From Paraspadella gotoi (taxonomy: Eukaryota; Animalia; Chaetognatha), in the NCBI GenBank assembly GCA_051294375.1, contig CM119263.1, positions 30,926,053 through 30,990,052 of the forward strand: a DNA stretch of 64,000 nt, written 5' to 3'. The notes below the pieces were generated by a model. The model was not told where the DNA came from. It saw nothing but the letters and a program-made list of their open reading frames with translations, and ran no database searches. A program made the translations under genes and the position numbers. Position 1 is the first letter of the stretch. Each line of letters begins with the position of its first letter. Shown piece after piece: positions 1 to 13,207 of this stretch.

Positions 1-20
1 GTCGTCGACCATTTTGGTCA

Positions 21-296
21 TATTTTCGAAAAGTGCCTCATTTCGGCTTAAGTTTTAAATTTATTAAGTTTTTAAGTTTGAAGATTTGGTTAACCGTTTA
101 AGAGAGGGATTAGGTTATGGATTAAAAGGTAAAGATTAGATATTTGGTTAAGGATTAGAGTTCGGGATTAGACTTAATGTAAGGATAGGGATATAGGTTA
201 GGAATTAAAGATTTGGGTTAGGGAATAATTTAAAATTTAATAAAAAAAAATAGGTGGCTTGGAAGGGGAACAGAAATAAGGGCCTTTTCGGAAATA
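21..296. mobile_element. MITE-like element with imperfect ~26-bp TIRs and a degenerate TTAGGG/GGTTAG-like interior
   Basis: 21-46 tattttcgaaaagtgcctcatttcgg versus the reverse complement of 271-296 (tatttccgaaaaggcccttatttctg). The interior is rich in ggttag/ttaggg. Related copies lie at ~7717-8045, 55555-55780, 56400-56618 and from 57428. Confidence 0.55.
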
Positions 297-511
297 GGAA
301 AAGTTAAAAAAAAATATTAAATCCTTGAAAATTAAAAAAAGGAGATAAAATATGAAACAAAGGAAAAAGATTTTTAAAAAATAAAAGAAAACATTAGAAG
401 AAGATAAGATTAAAGCGAAGTCATTTTAGAAAGAAAAAAAAAGAGCATCGAATTTCAATATTCGATTATTTTTTTTCTTTATAAGTTGGGCGGTGCTTCT
501 TATGAGAAAGA

Positions 512-545
<34 letters not shown>

Positions 546-640
546 TTGCTTGAAAGGCAAGATAAGGAGAAAAGAGATAGAGCTGTAATGGATTGAATTG
601 AATCTTGCAGAGAAGTTGATTCACCTGACGTATAAAATTC

Positions 641-706
<66 letters not shown>

Positions 707-1153
707 AAATAGAAAATAAATTGATAAACTTTCGAAATAAAATTGAGATCAAAAGACGAAGAAAGATTTATATATTTAATATTTTTATTTTATTAATCAA
801 CAAAAAAGTTGAAAAATCATAAAATTATTATCTAATATTTAAATTTAAAATTAAATCATTTGAAATAGAAATAAAATAATAAACTTGAGGCGAATCATTT
901 ACTTCGTCAGATTAAAATCTCTTTTTTTCTGTGACCTTGAATTCTGTTGAAATGGAATTTTTATTTTCTTTTAATGGAATTTCAACTTCAACTACGGAAT
1001 ATGTTTTTTTTAAACATCAAAGCTTAAATATTTAAACGGGGATTCGTATTTATATAAGTATTTAATTAATATTTAATTAGTGAGGCCCCAATGGCCCCAC
1101 TTCCGTTGGTGTCAAAACCGTCTCACATATAGAGGCGCGACGTCGAGAGACAG

Positions 1154-1190
<37 letters not shown>

Positions 1191-1290
1191 TGAACATTGA
1201 AAAATGAATGGCGAGAGGAGAGAGAGATGAATCGCGTTAGTCGCGAAATTGGCCGCTTCCCGCGGGAGGCCCGCTCTCTCTCTCTCTCTC

Positions 1291-1329
<39 letters not shown>

Positions 1330-1534
1330 GACCCTCAGAAAAATCACTGGATCGACTTTGTCTTAGAAGAATTTTGACAATGATTTTGTCAATGTAATAA
1401 TTATGCCGCAATCTTAAAATGTAGATGGTCATTGGTCAATTAAAGTTGTTGATTAGGTTTTACTGTAGAATCATTATAAATCATTGCGAATTACCTCATA
1501 AACTAACTAAAATATCTATTCAATTTTAATCACT

Positions 1535-2270
1535 GCAAAGGTCAATTCACATTTGAAATCAAGGGTGCTTTGAAAATCAGGGGTGCAAAGGTCAATTATT
1601 AGAATCGGAATCCGTGGGTGCGAAGGTCAATCCGCATTTGAAATCAAGGGTTCTTTGAAAATCAGGGGTGCAAAGGTCAATTATTAGAATCGGAATCCGT
1701 GGGTGCAAAGGTCAATCCGCATTGGAAATCAAGGGTGCTTTGAAAATCAGGGGTGCAAAGGTCAATTATTAGAATCGGAATCCGTGGGTGCGGAGGTCAA
1801 TCCGCATTTGAAATAAGGGTGCTTTGAAAATCAGGGGTGCAAAGGTCAATTCGCATTTGAAATCAAGGGTGCTTTGAAAATAAGGGGTGCAAAGGTCAAT
1901 TATTAGAATCGGAATCCATGAGTGCGGAGGTCGATCTGCATTTGAAATCAAGGGTGCTTTGAAAATCAGTGGTGCAAAGGTCAATCCGCATTTGAAATCA
2001 AGGGTGCTTTGAAAATCCGGGGTGCAAAGGTCAATTATTAGAATCGGAATCCGTGGGTGCGGAGGTTGATCTGCATTTGAAATCAAGGGTGCTTTGAAAA
2101 TCAGGGGTGCAAAGGTCAATCCGAATTTGAAATCAGGGGTGCTTTGAAAATCAGTGGTGAAAAGGTCAATCCGCATTTGAAATCTAGGGTGCTTTGAAAA
2201 TAAGGGGTGCAAAGGTCAATTATTAGAATCGGAATCCGTGGGTGCGAAGGTCGATCTGCATTTAGAATCC
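1535..2270. repeat. Composite minisatellite of 50-bp (A) and 35-bp (B) units, order AB AB AB AAB AAB AAAB plus a partial A
   Basis: A = gcaaaggtcaatccgcatttgaaatcaagggtgctttgaaaatcaggggt; B = gcaaaggtcaattattagaatcggaatccgtgggt. Units were read directly. Confidence 0.95.
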
Positions 2271-2373
2271 ATGATGAGGTCACCCTTTCCCTTTTCATCG
2301 CCTTCAATGAGCGACGACGCAATTTCTTTTCTTCTCATGGAAAATTTATGGATCGAGAAGGAAAAAAATGGCT

Positions 2374-2512
2374 TTTGCCAGTTCCCTGCTTTTGTCATTA
2401 GCCTCAAGAGTATTTGCCATTTCCCCGCTTTTGTCATTAGCCTCAAGAATCTTTGCCATTTCCTCGCTTTTGTGCTAAGTCTCACGAGAATTTGCCATTT
2501 CCCCTCTTTCGT
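2374..2512. repeat. 39-bp tandem repeat, ~3.5 copies
   Basis: Unit tttgccatttccccgcttttgtcattagcctcaagagta; starts at 2374, 2413, 2452 and 2491. Confidence 0.9.
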
Positions 2513-3097
2513 ATAAGTTTACCATAGCAACACATTTTTTTTCTTTTTTGTCACTTCCCTTTCTGTCATCATCAATAAAATGATCTAATTTTGATCAATA
2601 GGTACAACTTTGAGCAGTCATTAAACTGTCATTTTCTTTTTTGGTTTAAGAATAAACAAAGAAACGAGGCTTGACACAGACAACTGACAACTGAAAAGAC
2701 ATCGTTTGACATCGTTTGACATTCTTTGACATCGTCGCAAAAACACAGAAACCAAAAGTCAAAACCTCAATCGAAAGATTTTCACGAATCAGGATTTGAC
2801 TCGGTGACTCTTCTCTTCTCACTTTTCACTTTCAACTCTTCACTTTTCACATTCTTCACTTTACAGAACTTCGAATGCGATATCACTTCACTACTATCCA
2901 GTCTATCTCACCGATCTACAGCTCAAACTCTACCACTTCATTCCTCACTTCTCCACTTCTCATCACTTCACCCAAATCACTCCTCAGTTCACTTCTCCCA
3001 TCCTCTCTCACCACACCCATTCACTCCGACATCATCCAATTCTCTCCTTTCCAATCTTCTACATTTCCAACTCACCTCATCCCTTCTCTCCCCCCGA

Positions 3098-3263
3098 CCA
3101 ATTTCCACGCCCCTTCCAACCCTACTTCCCCACCTCCACCTATTTTCACGCGCCCTCCACCCTTACCTCCCCACCTCCACCCATTTCCACGCCTCCTCCA
3201 CCCTTACATCCCCACCTCCACCCATTTCCACGCCTCCTCCACCCTTACCTCCCCACCTCCACC
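3098..3263. repeat. 41-bp C-rich tandem repeat, ~4 copies
   Basis: Unit ccatttccacgcctcctccacccttacctccccacctccac (e.g. at 3181 and 3222). Confidence 0.85.
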
Positions 3264-3343
3264 GACTGAGATGAATCGTAGAAGAGAATTCAATTTCTTC
3301 GCATCAGAAAAGTTTTTTTTTCTCCAGAGAATTTGTGACCTCG

Positions 3344-3930
3344 GCCTCGACGCCGCCGTGCCACTCACGGAAGTGTCACTCATGCCTAGACGACGCCGTG
3401 CCACTCACGGAAGTGTCTCTCGTGCCTCGACGACGCCGTGCCACTCACGGAAGTGTCACTCACGCCTCGATGCCGCCGTGCCACTCACGGATGTGTCAGT
3501 TGTGCCTCGACGACGCCGTGCCACTCACGGAAGTGTCACTCGTGCCTCGACGCCGCTGTGCCTCTCACAGAAGTGTCACTTGTGCCTCGATGCCGCCGTG
3601 CCACTCACGGAAGTCTCACTCATGCCTCGACGCCGCCGTGCCACTCACGGAAGTGTCACTTGTGCCTCGACGCTGCCGTGCCATTCACGGAAGTGTCACT
3701 CGTGCCTCGACGCCGCCGTGCCATTCACCGAAGTGTCACTCGTGCCTCGACGCCGCCGTGCCATTCACGGAAGTGTCACTCGTGCCTCGACGCCGCCGTG
3801 CCACACGGAAGTTCTACTCGTGCCTCGACGCCACTGCGCCACACAGAAGTGCCACTCATGCCACTCATATTTTTCGTCACCGTGCCACTAATGGAAGTGC
3901 CACTCATGCCACTCGTCGCCCTGCCACTCA
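3344..3930. repeat. 40-bp GC-rich minisatellite, ~12 good copies then decaying
   Basis: Unit gcctcgacgccgccgtgccactcacggaagtgtcactcgt with an exact 40-bp period from 3344. There are no unique spacers. Confidence 0.95.
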
Positions 3931-4401
3931 CCCTAGTATCACTCAGTGAAATCCTATACGCCGCAGTGCCACGATTCAAATTGCCTTAATCAATGATTTC
4001 TTTGCTCGCCACTCTTCACTCTTCCACTCCTCAATGTGCCACTTCCTCATGTTTCTCCGAATAATACCACTCACTCGCCATTCTGCCAGTTACTACTCAA
4101 CACTCGAAGGGAAATTCCTTCTCTCGATCAAAACAAACTCCTTTCAGTTTTAATCGCTTTGTCGTCGACCTCATCGTCGTCGTCGTTGTCGACGTCGTCG
4201 TCGTTCGTGTTTGCTTGAAAATTTACGGTCTGTCTATCCATCTATCCATATATCTGATCGTAGCGTACAGGCCACTGTGAACTGACCCAAAGTGGCCCCG
4301 ACACAAAATGAATGCTCGGTTTGAAAAAACCAAAAGAATTATTTAACGTTTTCTTGTTTATTGTTTTTGCTGTTGCATTTTGCCGTCTACTTCTCTCTGT
4401 C

Positions 4402-4444
<43 letters not shown>

Positions 4445-5490
4445 CTCTCTCTTCTCTCTCTCTCCCTTCTTTGGTTGCCCTGTCTAACCAGAGACGCTTC
4501 AATCTTGTTTAACAAGTGGGCGTCTTATTCTACTGCGCTCTCTCTTCTTTCTCTCCCTCTCTCTCTCTCTCTGCTCCGCTCTCCTCTCTCTCTCTACTTC
4601 TCTGCTTCTCTCCCTCTCTCTCCCTCTCTCTCTCTCTCCCCCTTTCCGGGGGCGAGTTTTCTTGCACCCGCTTCCTAGGGGGCGTTGTGCCTTGGTTTCT
4701 CAGATGGTCGCTTGGCAACGCTTCGTATTGTTATCAGAGCGCGCGTGGTTTTCACGTGGAAGTGGTTTCCGGTTTGAAAGATTTCGTTTGAGCATTTTTA
4801 TAAGTTTTTTTTATAAAAACGTTAAAAGTGTATTATGCGTAAACAGTGTAAGTTTAGGTGGTGAAGCAGAAATTTCTAATTTTTAGCTTCATATATAGTA
4901 AATTTTACTAAGGCTATGAGTACTCATAGAAGAAATAGAGATAAAATAAATCTGCTCTTTTGGTGTCGGAGTCTCTTTCGATCTGTATATCATTTTAATT
5001 ATTACTATTATTACTAGCAGATGCTTTTACATTGTACATGGTACATTGTACAACCACGTCGTCCCTTATACATCCGATCACATTAATTAGGTGATGAATG
5101 ATGTTTTCAAAATTCAATAAGCAAATGAAGTTTGAAGCGAGGCTAGTAGAAAACATAAGATCAATCCGATAGTCCATGCGGCGAACCACCTTTGGATTCG
5201 CCGTTCCTTGATAGTCTTTTTATATATGACGAAAGTAGTTTTGAAGAATTTAATTAAATTCCACTGTTATTAAGGTGGATTTTTTCTCCTTGGTGGTTTA
5301 GGTGGTTGCTCTATTGGTAGTTCTTTCCATCAATTTTTCTCAACGACTTTTTTTTCTCTTCCTTCCTTTTCGGTTCAGGAGTCAAAATTGACTCAACCGT
5401 AGATTCTAATGTTTTCCAAATGGAGATTTTTAGGCTCAATTTTTGAGAGAAAGAACATTTAAAGTGAAAGGAACGGATAATGGGTGGGAG

Positions 5491-5558
<68 letters not shown>

Positions 5559-5682
5559 GACAGAAGAGTGGTAATCCTAGTAAAACGACTTCATATGACT
5601 GAAGTCTTTTCTCTTGACTCTAGGGGTAAATATTATTTCGCATTTTGTTTACGAGGGATTCCTTCTGTGTGTGTGTGTGTGA

Positions 5683-5785
<103 letters not shown>

Positions 5786-6607
5786 ATCAACATCGACGAT
5801 CATCAACAAAGATGGAATGAATATGAAATGTCATTAGAACATTCGCAGATGTGATATTTACTTTGGAGTAAATATTATACTTATTGAAATGACATGATAA
5901 AAAAGAGGTCTGACGAAAAAAATCGAATGGGCGTTTTTCTTTAATGTCGCCAAGAACTTTTTCAAAACTCAAAAGTTCTTAAGCTGCTCGCGAAATATAA
6001 CAATTAAGACTGGTAAAGTTTGAATTTTTAAAACGATTTGCGACAATTAAGGCAAAATATATGCGAAATATATGTACAAAGAGCGTTAAATATGTTTAAA
6101 GTGTAGGAAAAATATGAGAGAGCAAAAATATGTATTTTTGTGAAGTATGCGAAAAGTGTTAAACGTCTGATGTATTTGATTCAGCGCAAACTCTTATTTT
6201 TTTTTCTTTCGCCAGAGAATGAAAAAGAGAGAAAAAAGTTGCAATGATTTATTGCGGCCGACGTTGAGAGTGAGAGAAAATGTTATCAAATACCACCATA
6301 TTTTATCAAAGCGAGAGGGAAAGAGGGAGAGAGAGTGAGAGACAGTTCCGACAGCTGCTAATTTTTTTCTTCCTTCAGATTTCAGCGGCACAGAATTTTA
6401 TCAGTTCATTAAAATAAATGAGCTCCGTTAATATCTTTTTACTTTAAAAAAAAAAATTTACAAGATTTTTTTACACAACTTTTTATTCTATAGTTTTACC
6501 TTTAAAAATTTAAAACTTATTTCAATTAATACTAAAAGAAAAAAAAGTATGTACAATAAAAAATATAACCTAAAGATTCAAATTTAAATCCTGCCAAAAA
6601 ATGGAAA

Positions 6608-6881
6608 TAACAAGAACTGTAATTCCAATTTGTTGCGCCATAATGACTTTATTTTTACATGTATTGTACATGTTACATGATATGGCATGACTAAAAAAAT
6701 TTCTTTGCCCGTGTATTTATGACATGCACTGCATCAAAATTCCGTCTTTTTTTCCTTATATTTTTAGGAATTTCTGAAGGCGGCACAAACAGTCTCTTAG
6801 ATTTGAGGTTTTTTTCTGTCTTAACTTATGCATTTTTAACGTAAGTGGGATGGGCCGACCGACCAAAAAGTGACTTATAGA
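6608..6881 (-). mobile_element. Helentron-associated / DINE-1-like non-autonomous element (5'-truncated copy)
   Basis: The reverse complement matches the copies at 15690, 32975, 50395 and 60243 (gtcggtc tract, gccgccttcag, gcatgtcataaatacac, 3' ggcgcaac...ttcttgtt). Confidence 0.6.
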
Positions 6882-7716
6882 AAAAAATGGAAATAAATAA
6901 AGAATTTCAAAAAAATGTCTCAGTAAGAAAAGGAGAGAGAGAAAGATTTTTTTTCGTTCTCACTCGAAAAGATAAGAAAGGAAGATTATGCAAATAGCAA
7001 AGTTAAAAACCTTTTTTTCTCTTTTATTAAACGTCCTTCAAAAGAGCCTTTAAGTTAGGGTTGTTGTGTAATAATTGCGGGAAAATGTTATGGGTAAATT
7101 TTGAATCGTGAAAAGAGGCGAGAAATAAGAAAAGTGTAGAAAGTTATTTTGGCTAAAAAATTTGAAATAGAATTAGAATTTTATCTTTTTTCTTTCACTC
7201 GTCAGTTTTTTATAAATTGTAACTAGTGCAAAATGACCTTTACGTGCTTTTATCAAACTTAACATTTGTCTTTAGAAGGCTTTAAAAAGTTTGTTCATTA
7301 TCGAGTTCAAAGTCAAAGAAAATTTACAATTTCTAACTCGAATATATTTATGACAAAGTTTTCAAATAATAAAAAAAATAATTTTAATTCATATTTGCAC
7401 TAAAAAGTCATCAATCCGCATTAGCCATTAGCCAACGTCCTTTAATTTTTTTTAATCAAAGAGAGAGGCCGCCAGGAGTTCGGTCAACCATCGACGTCGC
7501 GATTACGAAAAACAAAAGACATCGTTTCGCTTTTTCCACGCGAGGCAGCGCTGTAGTCGCGACAGTAACAAAGGAGATCCGTCATTAGTCGCGACCGGTC
7601 ACGCCTACTTTTATTCTCCCGCCTTTGTTTCATTTTTTAAACTTTTCTTTTTTTCTTTTTGTTGCGGTTTTTTTTTTTGTTAGATTTGTTCCGTTTTGTT
7701 TTAAAATATTAATTTT

Positions 7717-8045
7717 TGGCCTTATTTTCTCAGAACGCCCCATTTTATCTTAAATTCGGATTAAGTTAAAAGTTAAATTTAAGGATTTGGTTAAGGATTC
7801 AGTTAGTGATTAAAGTTATGAACTAAGTTTGTAATTAAGGTTAGGGATTTGGGTTAGTGGCAAACATTTTAGGTTAATAGTTAAGATTAGAAATTAAGGT
7901 TTAGGCTATGGTTAAATATTATAAATATGGATCAAGGTTAGCGATTGCTTTATAAGTTTAAAAATATATTTATGTTAAATATTAAGATTAAAATTAAATT
8001 CTGGGATAAACGAACAGAAACGGGGCAGCCTCGGAATAAAGCGCC
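7717..8045. mobile_element. Second copy of the TIR MITE with TTAGGG-like interior
   Basis: Left end ggccttattttctcagaacgccccatttt; right end cagaaacggggcagcctcggaataaagcgcc is inverted-related; the interior is ggttaggg-rich. Confidence 0.5.
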
Positions 8046-8338
8046 TCAACATTTTCTCTATTTACCTTCGACTTTGTTGATGATTTTTTATTTTGTTTAT
8101 TTTCTTAGCCTTTTGTTCCACTTTTTTCTCTTTCAACTCTGGACGACCTCAGCAGCGCCACCCATCGTCGCCTTTTAGTATTCATAACAGTTCAAAGGGA
8201 AAAATGGAGGTTTTGACATTTATCAACTTTTTTTCCTCTCTTTTCTCCGTTCATGTCACAACTCTTTCTGTCACTCGTTCTCTTTTACTGTCCTTCATAA
8301 ACAATTCAACAAAACATAAACCATACAAGATCGGCGAC

Positions 8339-8393
<55 letters not shown>

Positions 8394-8976
8394 GCTCTCT
8401 CTCTCGTCAAAGACGTGCCATTTTCTCTCTACTCTCTGTTTACCCCGGACGCTTTTTTTTAAATTTTTTATTGACAGTATTGAATACTAATTAAGAAGTA
8501 ATAACAAACATTGGCTCTATCTAATCGCACCCAGTTATTTGCAGCCCACGGGAATATTCGCATCCACGAAAATCTTTATGTTCTGCGAATAAACCTCGCC
8601 AAATCTTTGCGCCAAAGGCCAGACGAGAGCGAAAATTAACTTTTGGCGGACTTTTTATTACTGTTTATTACTTTTTATTACTTTTTATTGCGTTTTATTA
8701 CACCATAAACGGGGAAAAGCCGAACGGTGAACGCTGAAAAACCTCGGAACTAAATCTTTATGAATTCCAAGACTTTTTCTCTCCGACCGGCCAAACAATG
8801 GAATAAGCCATTACCGGATCCGGGGACTTGGTGCTAACACACTCTCTCTCTCTCTCTNNNNNNNNNNCTCTCTCTCTGAGATAATTCTTGATTCCTGTCA
8901 CGGGTCTTCTTACTTTTCCCCTCAAAATTTTGTTCATTTGTTTACCCTTCTTTATGGTATGTGTTGGGCGCCTTAG

Positions 8977-9074
<98 letters not shown>

Positions 9075-12000
9075 TTCTCTCTTTCTCTCTCTCTCTCCTC
9101 TTTCTCCTCTTCCCCCTCTCTCTCTCTCTCTCTCTCTTTCGTTTTACTGGGTCGTATTTTCTCAGTTGGAGTCCAAAATTAACTTCATTTCGTTTTATCC
9201 TGAGCATCTACTATTAGGAAAAAAGTTAGAACACTTTTTAATTGAGGATATCTACTCGAAAACTTTGCTCGATTTTAAAAAATCAGGATGTTTCAGATTC
9301 TAACACTAAATTTCCTTTCAGTTGCTTCCTTCCATTTTTCGTAGATCCAACCGTATAGAAGTTAGAGGCAAAATAAGATTGCTACCTCAAGTGAAAAATG
9401 GCGGAAAAAATCGCCTTTAGTTTTCCCACAATTCTTGTATTGAGTTTTGTTTCTATTTATAAATTGAGTTAGTTATTTTTTTCATTTTTTAAATTTGGTT
9501 ATGCCGAATAGACAGCCCCTCTCTTTGGTTTCATAAAGGTGCGATTGTAACTCTGAGAAAAAGGGGAAAGAACGCAACAATTCATCAGCAATAGACTTGG
9601 AATCCCTCGTCTCCACCATTGCAAATTTTTGACGGCGATACAAACAAATCAAAAAACATTTGGTGTGTGCTTTACGAGAGCATGCCCAGACGAATGCAGG
9701 CAAGGGTCGATGCGCGAGGGAAGGCTACCAAATATTCGAGAATATTTTTACCCATTTTTTGTATATTTTTTATTGAATAAATAAACTTTTAAAAAAAAAA
9801 TGTTTCTAACTTTTTTCATAGATAGTAGTATTTCGAATTGTGATCGACCCGACAATTTTAAGATAAAATAAACTAAAAAAAAGAAACAATTATTATTATC
9901 TTTTTATTCTATTTTATTATCATTAATTCCCTTTATTTTATTTTATTTGGTTATCTTATATTAGATCTCTACTATGAAATTAAATTCAATATGGGTGGAG
10001 GTTTAGTCTTTAAGTCTATTTTCAGGTAAAAAAATATTTTTTTCAAAAGTTCGATTTTAATGCTTTTATTGTTGCTAACAAAATTACAATATTGCTATAT
10101 AATGATAAATAATTTTAATCAAAAAGTTAAATAAATTTATTTTCTAGTCTTCAATTGGAATTTAGAAAAAAAACGGGCTATAACTGGGAATCATGACCTT
10201 TTAATAGATTCTCTCTCTCTCTCTCAGAATAATTCGTCTGCTCTCCAGTCGCCACCCGAGCGTCGCCATTTTGAATTTCTCTCAAATCTCGAATAAAATA
10301 GCGAATAAATTGATTTTGATCTCTAGAAATCTAGAATCAACACGATTCACGAAAATCGCTTCTTTTCAAAAAATACTAGTAATAAAAATTATTTATCCTT
10401 TTCCCTGTTTTTAAATGTATAATGTACCATTTCCTGTATTAGTTTTTTTTTGTTTTGTTCTTTTATTATTGTTGTTGTTTTGTTATGTTTTGTTTTCGAT
10501 TCTGGTATCGAAATTTGTTGGTTTCTCGGGAATTTCTTTCCTTCACTTTCACTTTACTTTTTTCCCTTTAGCGCTGCCCCCTTTTTAGTTGAGACGCGAT
10601 AACCCGCGGTGCGACTCTTTAAATCATTTTTTGGTCGGTCGGTCAATCCTGATATATTTTTTTTATGTTCAAATGAGCATAACTGGTATAAAACTAACCA
10701 ATTTTGAGTGATAGTTGGCAGTTATACTGTATGCTGTATCAATAAACTCTTTTTGTATTTATTTTTGAATACTGGTCTAGTGATATTATCACCAAAAATA
10801 TCACAAAATGACTAAAAAAACACAAAGGGAAAGTTATTAGGGCGCAACATCAAGGAATTGAAGTCATATCTTTTCCATTTTCCTTTTTTCTTTCTTTTCC
10901 TTTTTTTCCCTTTAGCCTCATTTGTTTTTTCTTTTTCTATTTTCTTTCCTTTTTTTTTAGAATTTTCTTTTATTTTCAAATATTTTCTTGTTTTGCCGCC
11001 ATCATCATTTTTCCTCCTTTGTTTACAGCCTCCTATGGTTTTGTTCCGCTCTCTGTCTCTCTCTCTCTCTCGCTCTCTCTCTCTCTCGCTCTCGCTCGTT
11101 CTCTTGATCTCTTCTCCCCATCTCTCCTTTTCTTTTTCATTCTTCATCTTTTTTTCTCTCTCCCTCGCACTTATTCTCTCATCCACTCTGTCCATCTCTC
11201 TCCCCCTCTCCCTCTCTCTCCCTCTCTCTCCCTCTCACCTCTCTCCCTCTCTCCCTCATTCCAACGTAAGACGGCTTGGAATTATTCCCTTCCTTAATTG
11301 TCACTTCGCCGGATCCCGTTTTCTCTTTAAACTCCGATAAAAAAGAAAAGTAATTGATGATGCAATGAGCGTAGTTTACTTCAGGTTGACTTACTTATTC
11401 CGAGTAGGTCATTTATTCCTTTGTTTATATCTGGATGAACTCGACCAAAATGGGTAAAGTCTTCATACAGTTTATGGACGTTCAAAAATAAATTTTTCAC
11501 CAGCTTAATTTTTTGTTTTTTTTACAAAACGAATTTTATATTTTTATATTATTAAAACAAGGTATTGCTAAATGTTTATTCCGACTGAATTACTTCTATG
11601 ATAACACGTCATAGGGTCTCAGAACACCACATTTCATTTTAAATTTGAATAAGGTTATTTTTTTTTAAGTTAAAGATTAATGAATTAGGTTAATGATTAC
11701 CAATTGATTAGGGTTAGTAGAGTTAAGGATTAGGGTCAGTGATTAGGGTTTAAGATTAGAAATTAAGGAAGACTTAAAACTATCGTCATATTTTATCTAA
11801 CGTCAATCGTTATTCAGTTAACTGCGCCATTTTGAAAAAAAAACATTGATTTTTCACGTCGAACAATTGAAGGGGGAATAATAGGGAAATGATAGAAATT
11901 AGAGATGAGAGAGACGATGAAGAGGGAGAAGAGAGAAAGAGAGAGAGTGAGGGAAAGGGAGAGAGAGAGAGAGGAGAGAGAGAGAGAAGAGAGAGAAGAG

Positions 12001-12603
12001 AGACGAGAGAGAGAGAGGAAGAGAGAAGAGAGAGAGAGAAGGAGAAAGAAAGAATGAGGGAGGATAAGTTTGGAGTACTCACCTTAAATCTTACCAGTCG
12101 CCTCACTAAGAGATTCGCCAACTGCAGTCCCATTTCAGCTCGACCCCCGCTGACCTTTTGCCTTACCCTTCAGTCCCTATTGACCGAGGTAAGTTTTAGA
12201 GCTGAGATTTGCGAGGGGACAAGAGAGAGAGAGATAGACGAGAGCGAGAGAGAGAGACGATGAGAGAGGAGAGAAGACGGGAGAGAAGAGAGAAAGAGAA
12301 AGATAGAGAGGGAGGAGAGGGAGGGAGAGAACCTAGGGAAAGAAAGGCATGAGGAGAAAGAGAAGTAGAAAGAGAAAGAGAGAAAGAAGAGAAGAAGAAA
12401 AACGTAAAAAAGAAAAAGAAAAAGGAATCTAATGCTGGTCGTTTTGGGGAAAAAGAAAGAGGGCGAGAAAGGGGGGGAGGGGAAGGGGGGACGGGAGGAA
12501 GAGGAGGAGGAAGAGGAGAAGAGAGAGGCTATGACATTTGGGGCTTAAGATTATGATCATTAAGAAAGGCGGTTGTCGTCTCGGAGAGAGCATTTTTGGG
12601 AGG

Positions 12604-12649
<46 letters not shown>

Positions 12650-13169
12650 GAGAGAGAGAGAGAGATAAAGAAAAAGGAAAGGAGAGAGTAGGATGAGAGA
12701 GTGGGAGCAATGAGATAGGGAGAGAGAGAGGGATTGAGAGAAATTGATTAGATGAATTTTGATTTTTTTATGCTCAAAATGTTAAATTTAAACAATTACA
12801 ATTGTTAATGAGAGATGAGATATAGAGAGTAGACGAGAGAGAGAGAGAGAGAGAGAGATATGAGAGAAAGATGAAGAGGAGACGACACGAGAGAGAGAAG
12901 AGATAGAGGCGAACGGTCATTGCCTCATGAGAATCATTTGGAAGGGAATTCCGACGATGTTCATCTGCGGAGGAAGAGGAAGAGGAGGAGGAGGAGGAGG
13001 AGGAGGAGGAAGAATAGGAGGCGAAGAAGGAATAGTAGGAAAGACAAAGAGAGGGAGGGAGGGAAGAGGAGATAAAGGAGGAGGAAGAGAAAGGGAAGGA
13101 GAAGAGGAAGAGGAAGTGAAATGTGAGAAAGAAGGGAAGGAGAAAGGGAGGGAGAGAGAGAGGGAGAGA

Positions 13170-13207
<38 letters not shown>

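Noticed and set aside
80-230. True telomere or chromosome end
   Set aside because: The repeats are short, highly degenerate, dispersed through the window and bracketed by inverted termini.
3344-3930. CRISPR-like array, or Cys/His-rich repeat proteins (ORFs at 2875, 3335, 3438)
   Set aside because: The units abut with no unique spacers, no cas genes are present and the context is eukaryotic. All three frames are open only because the 40-bp unit has no stops.
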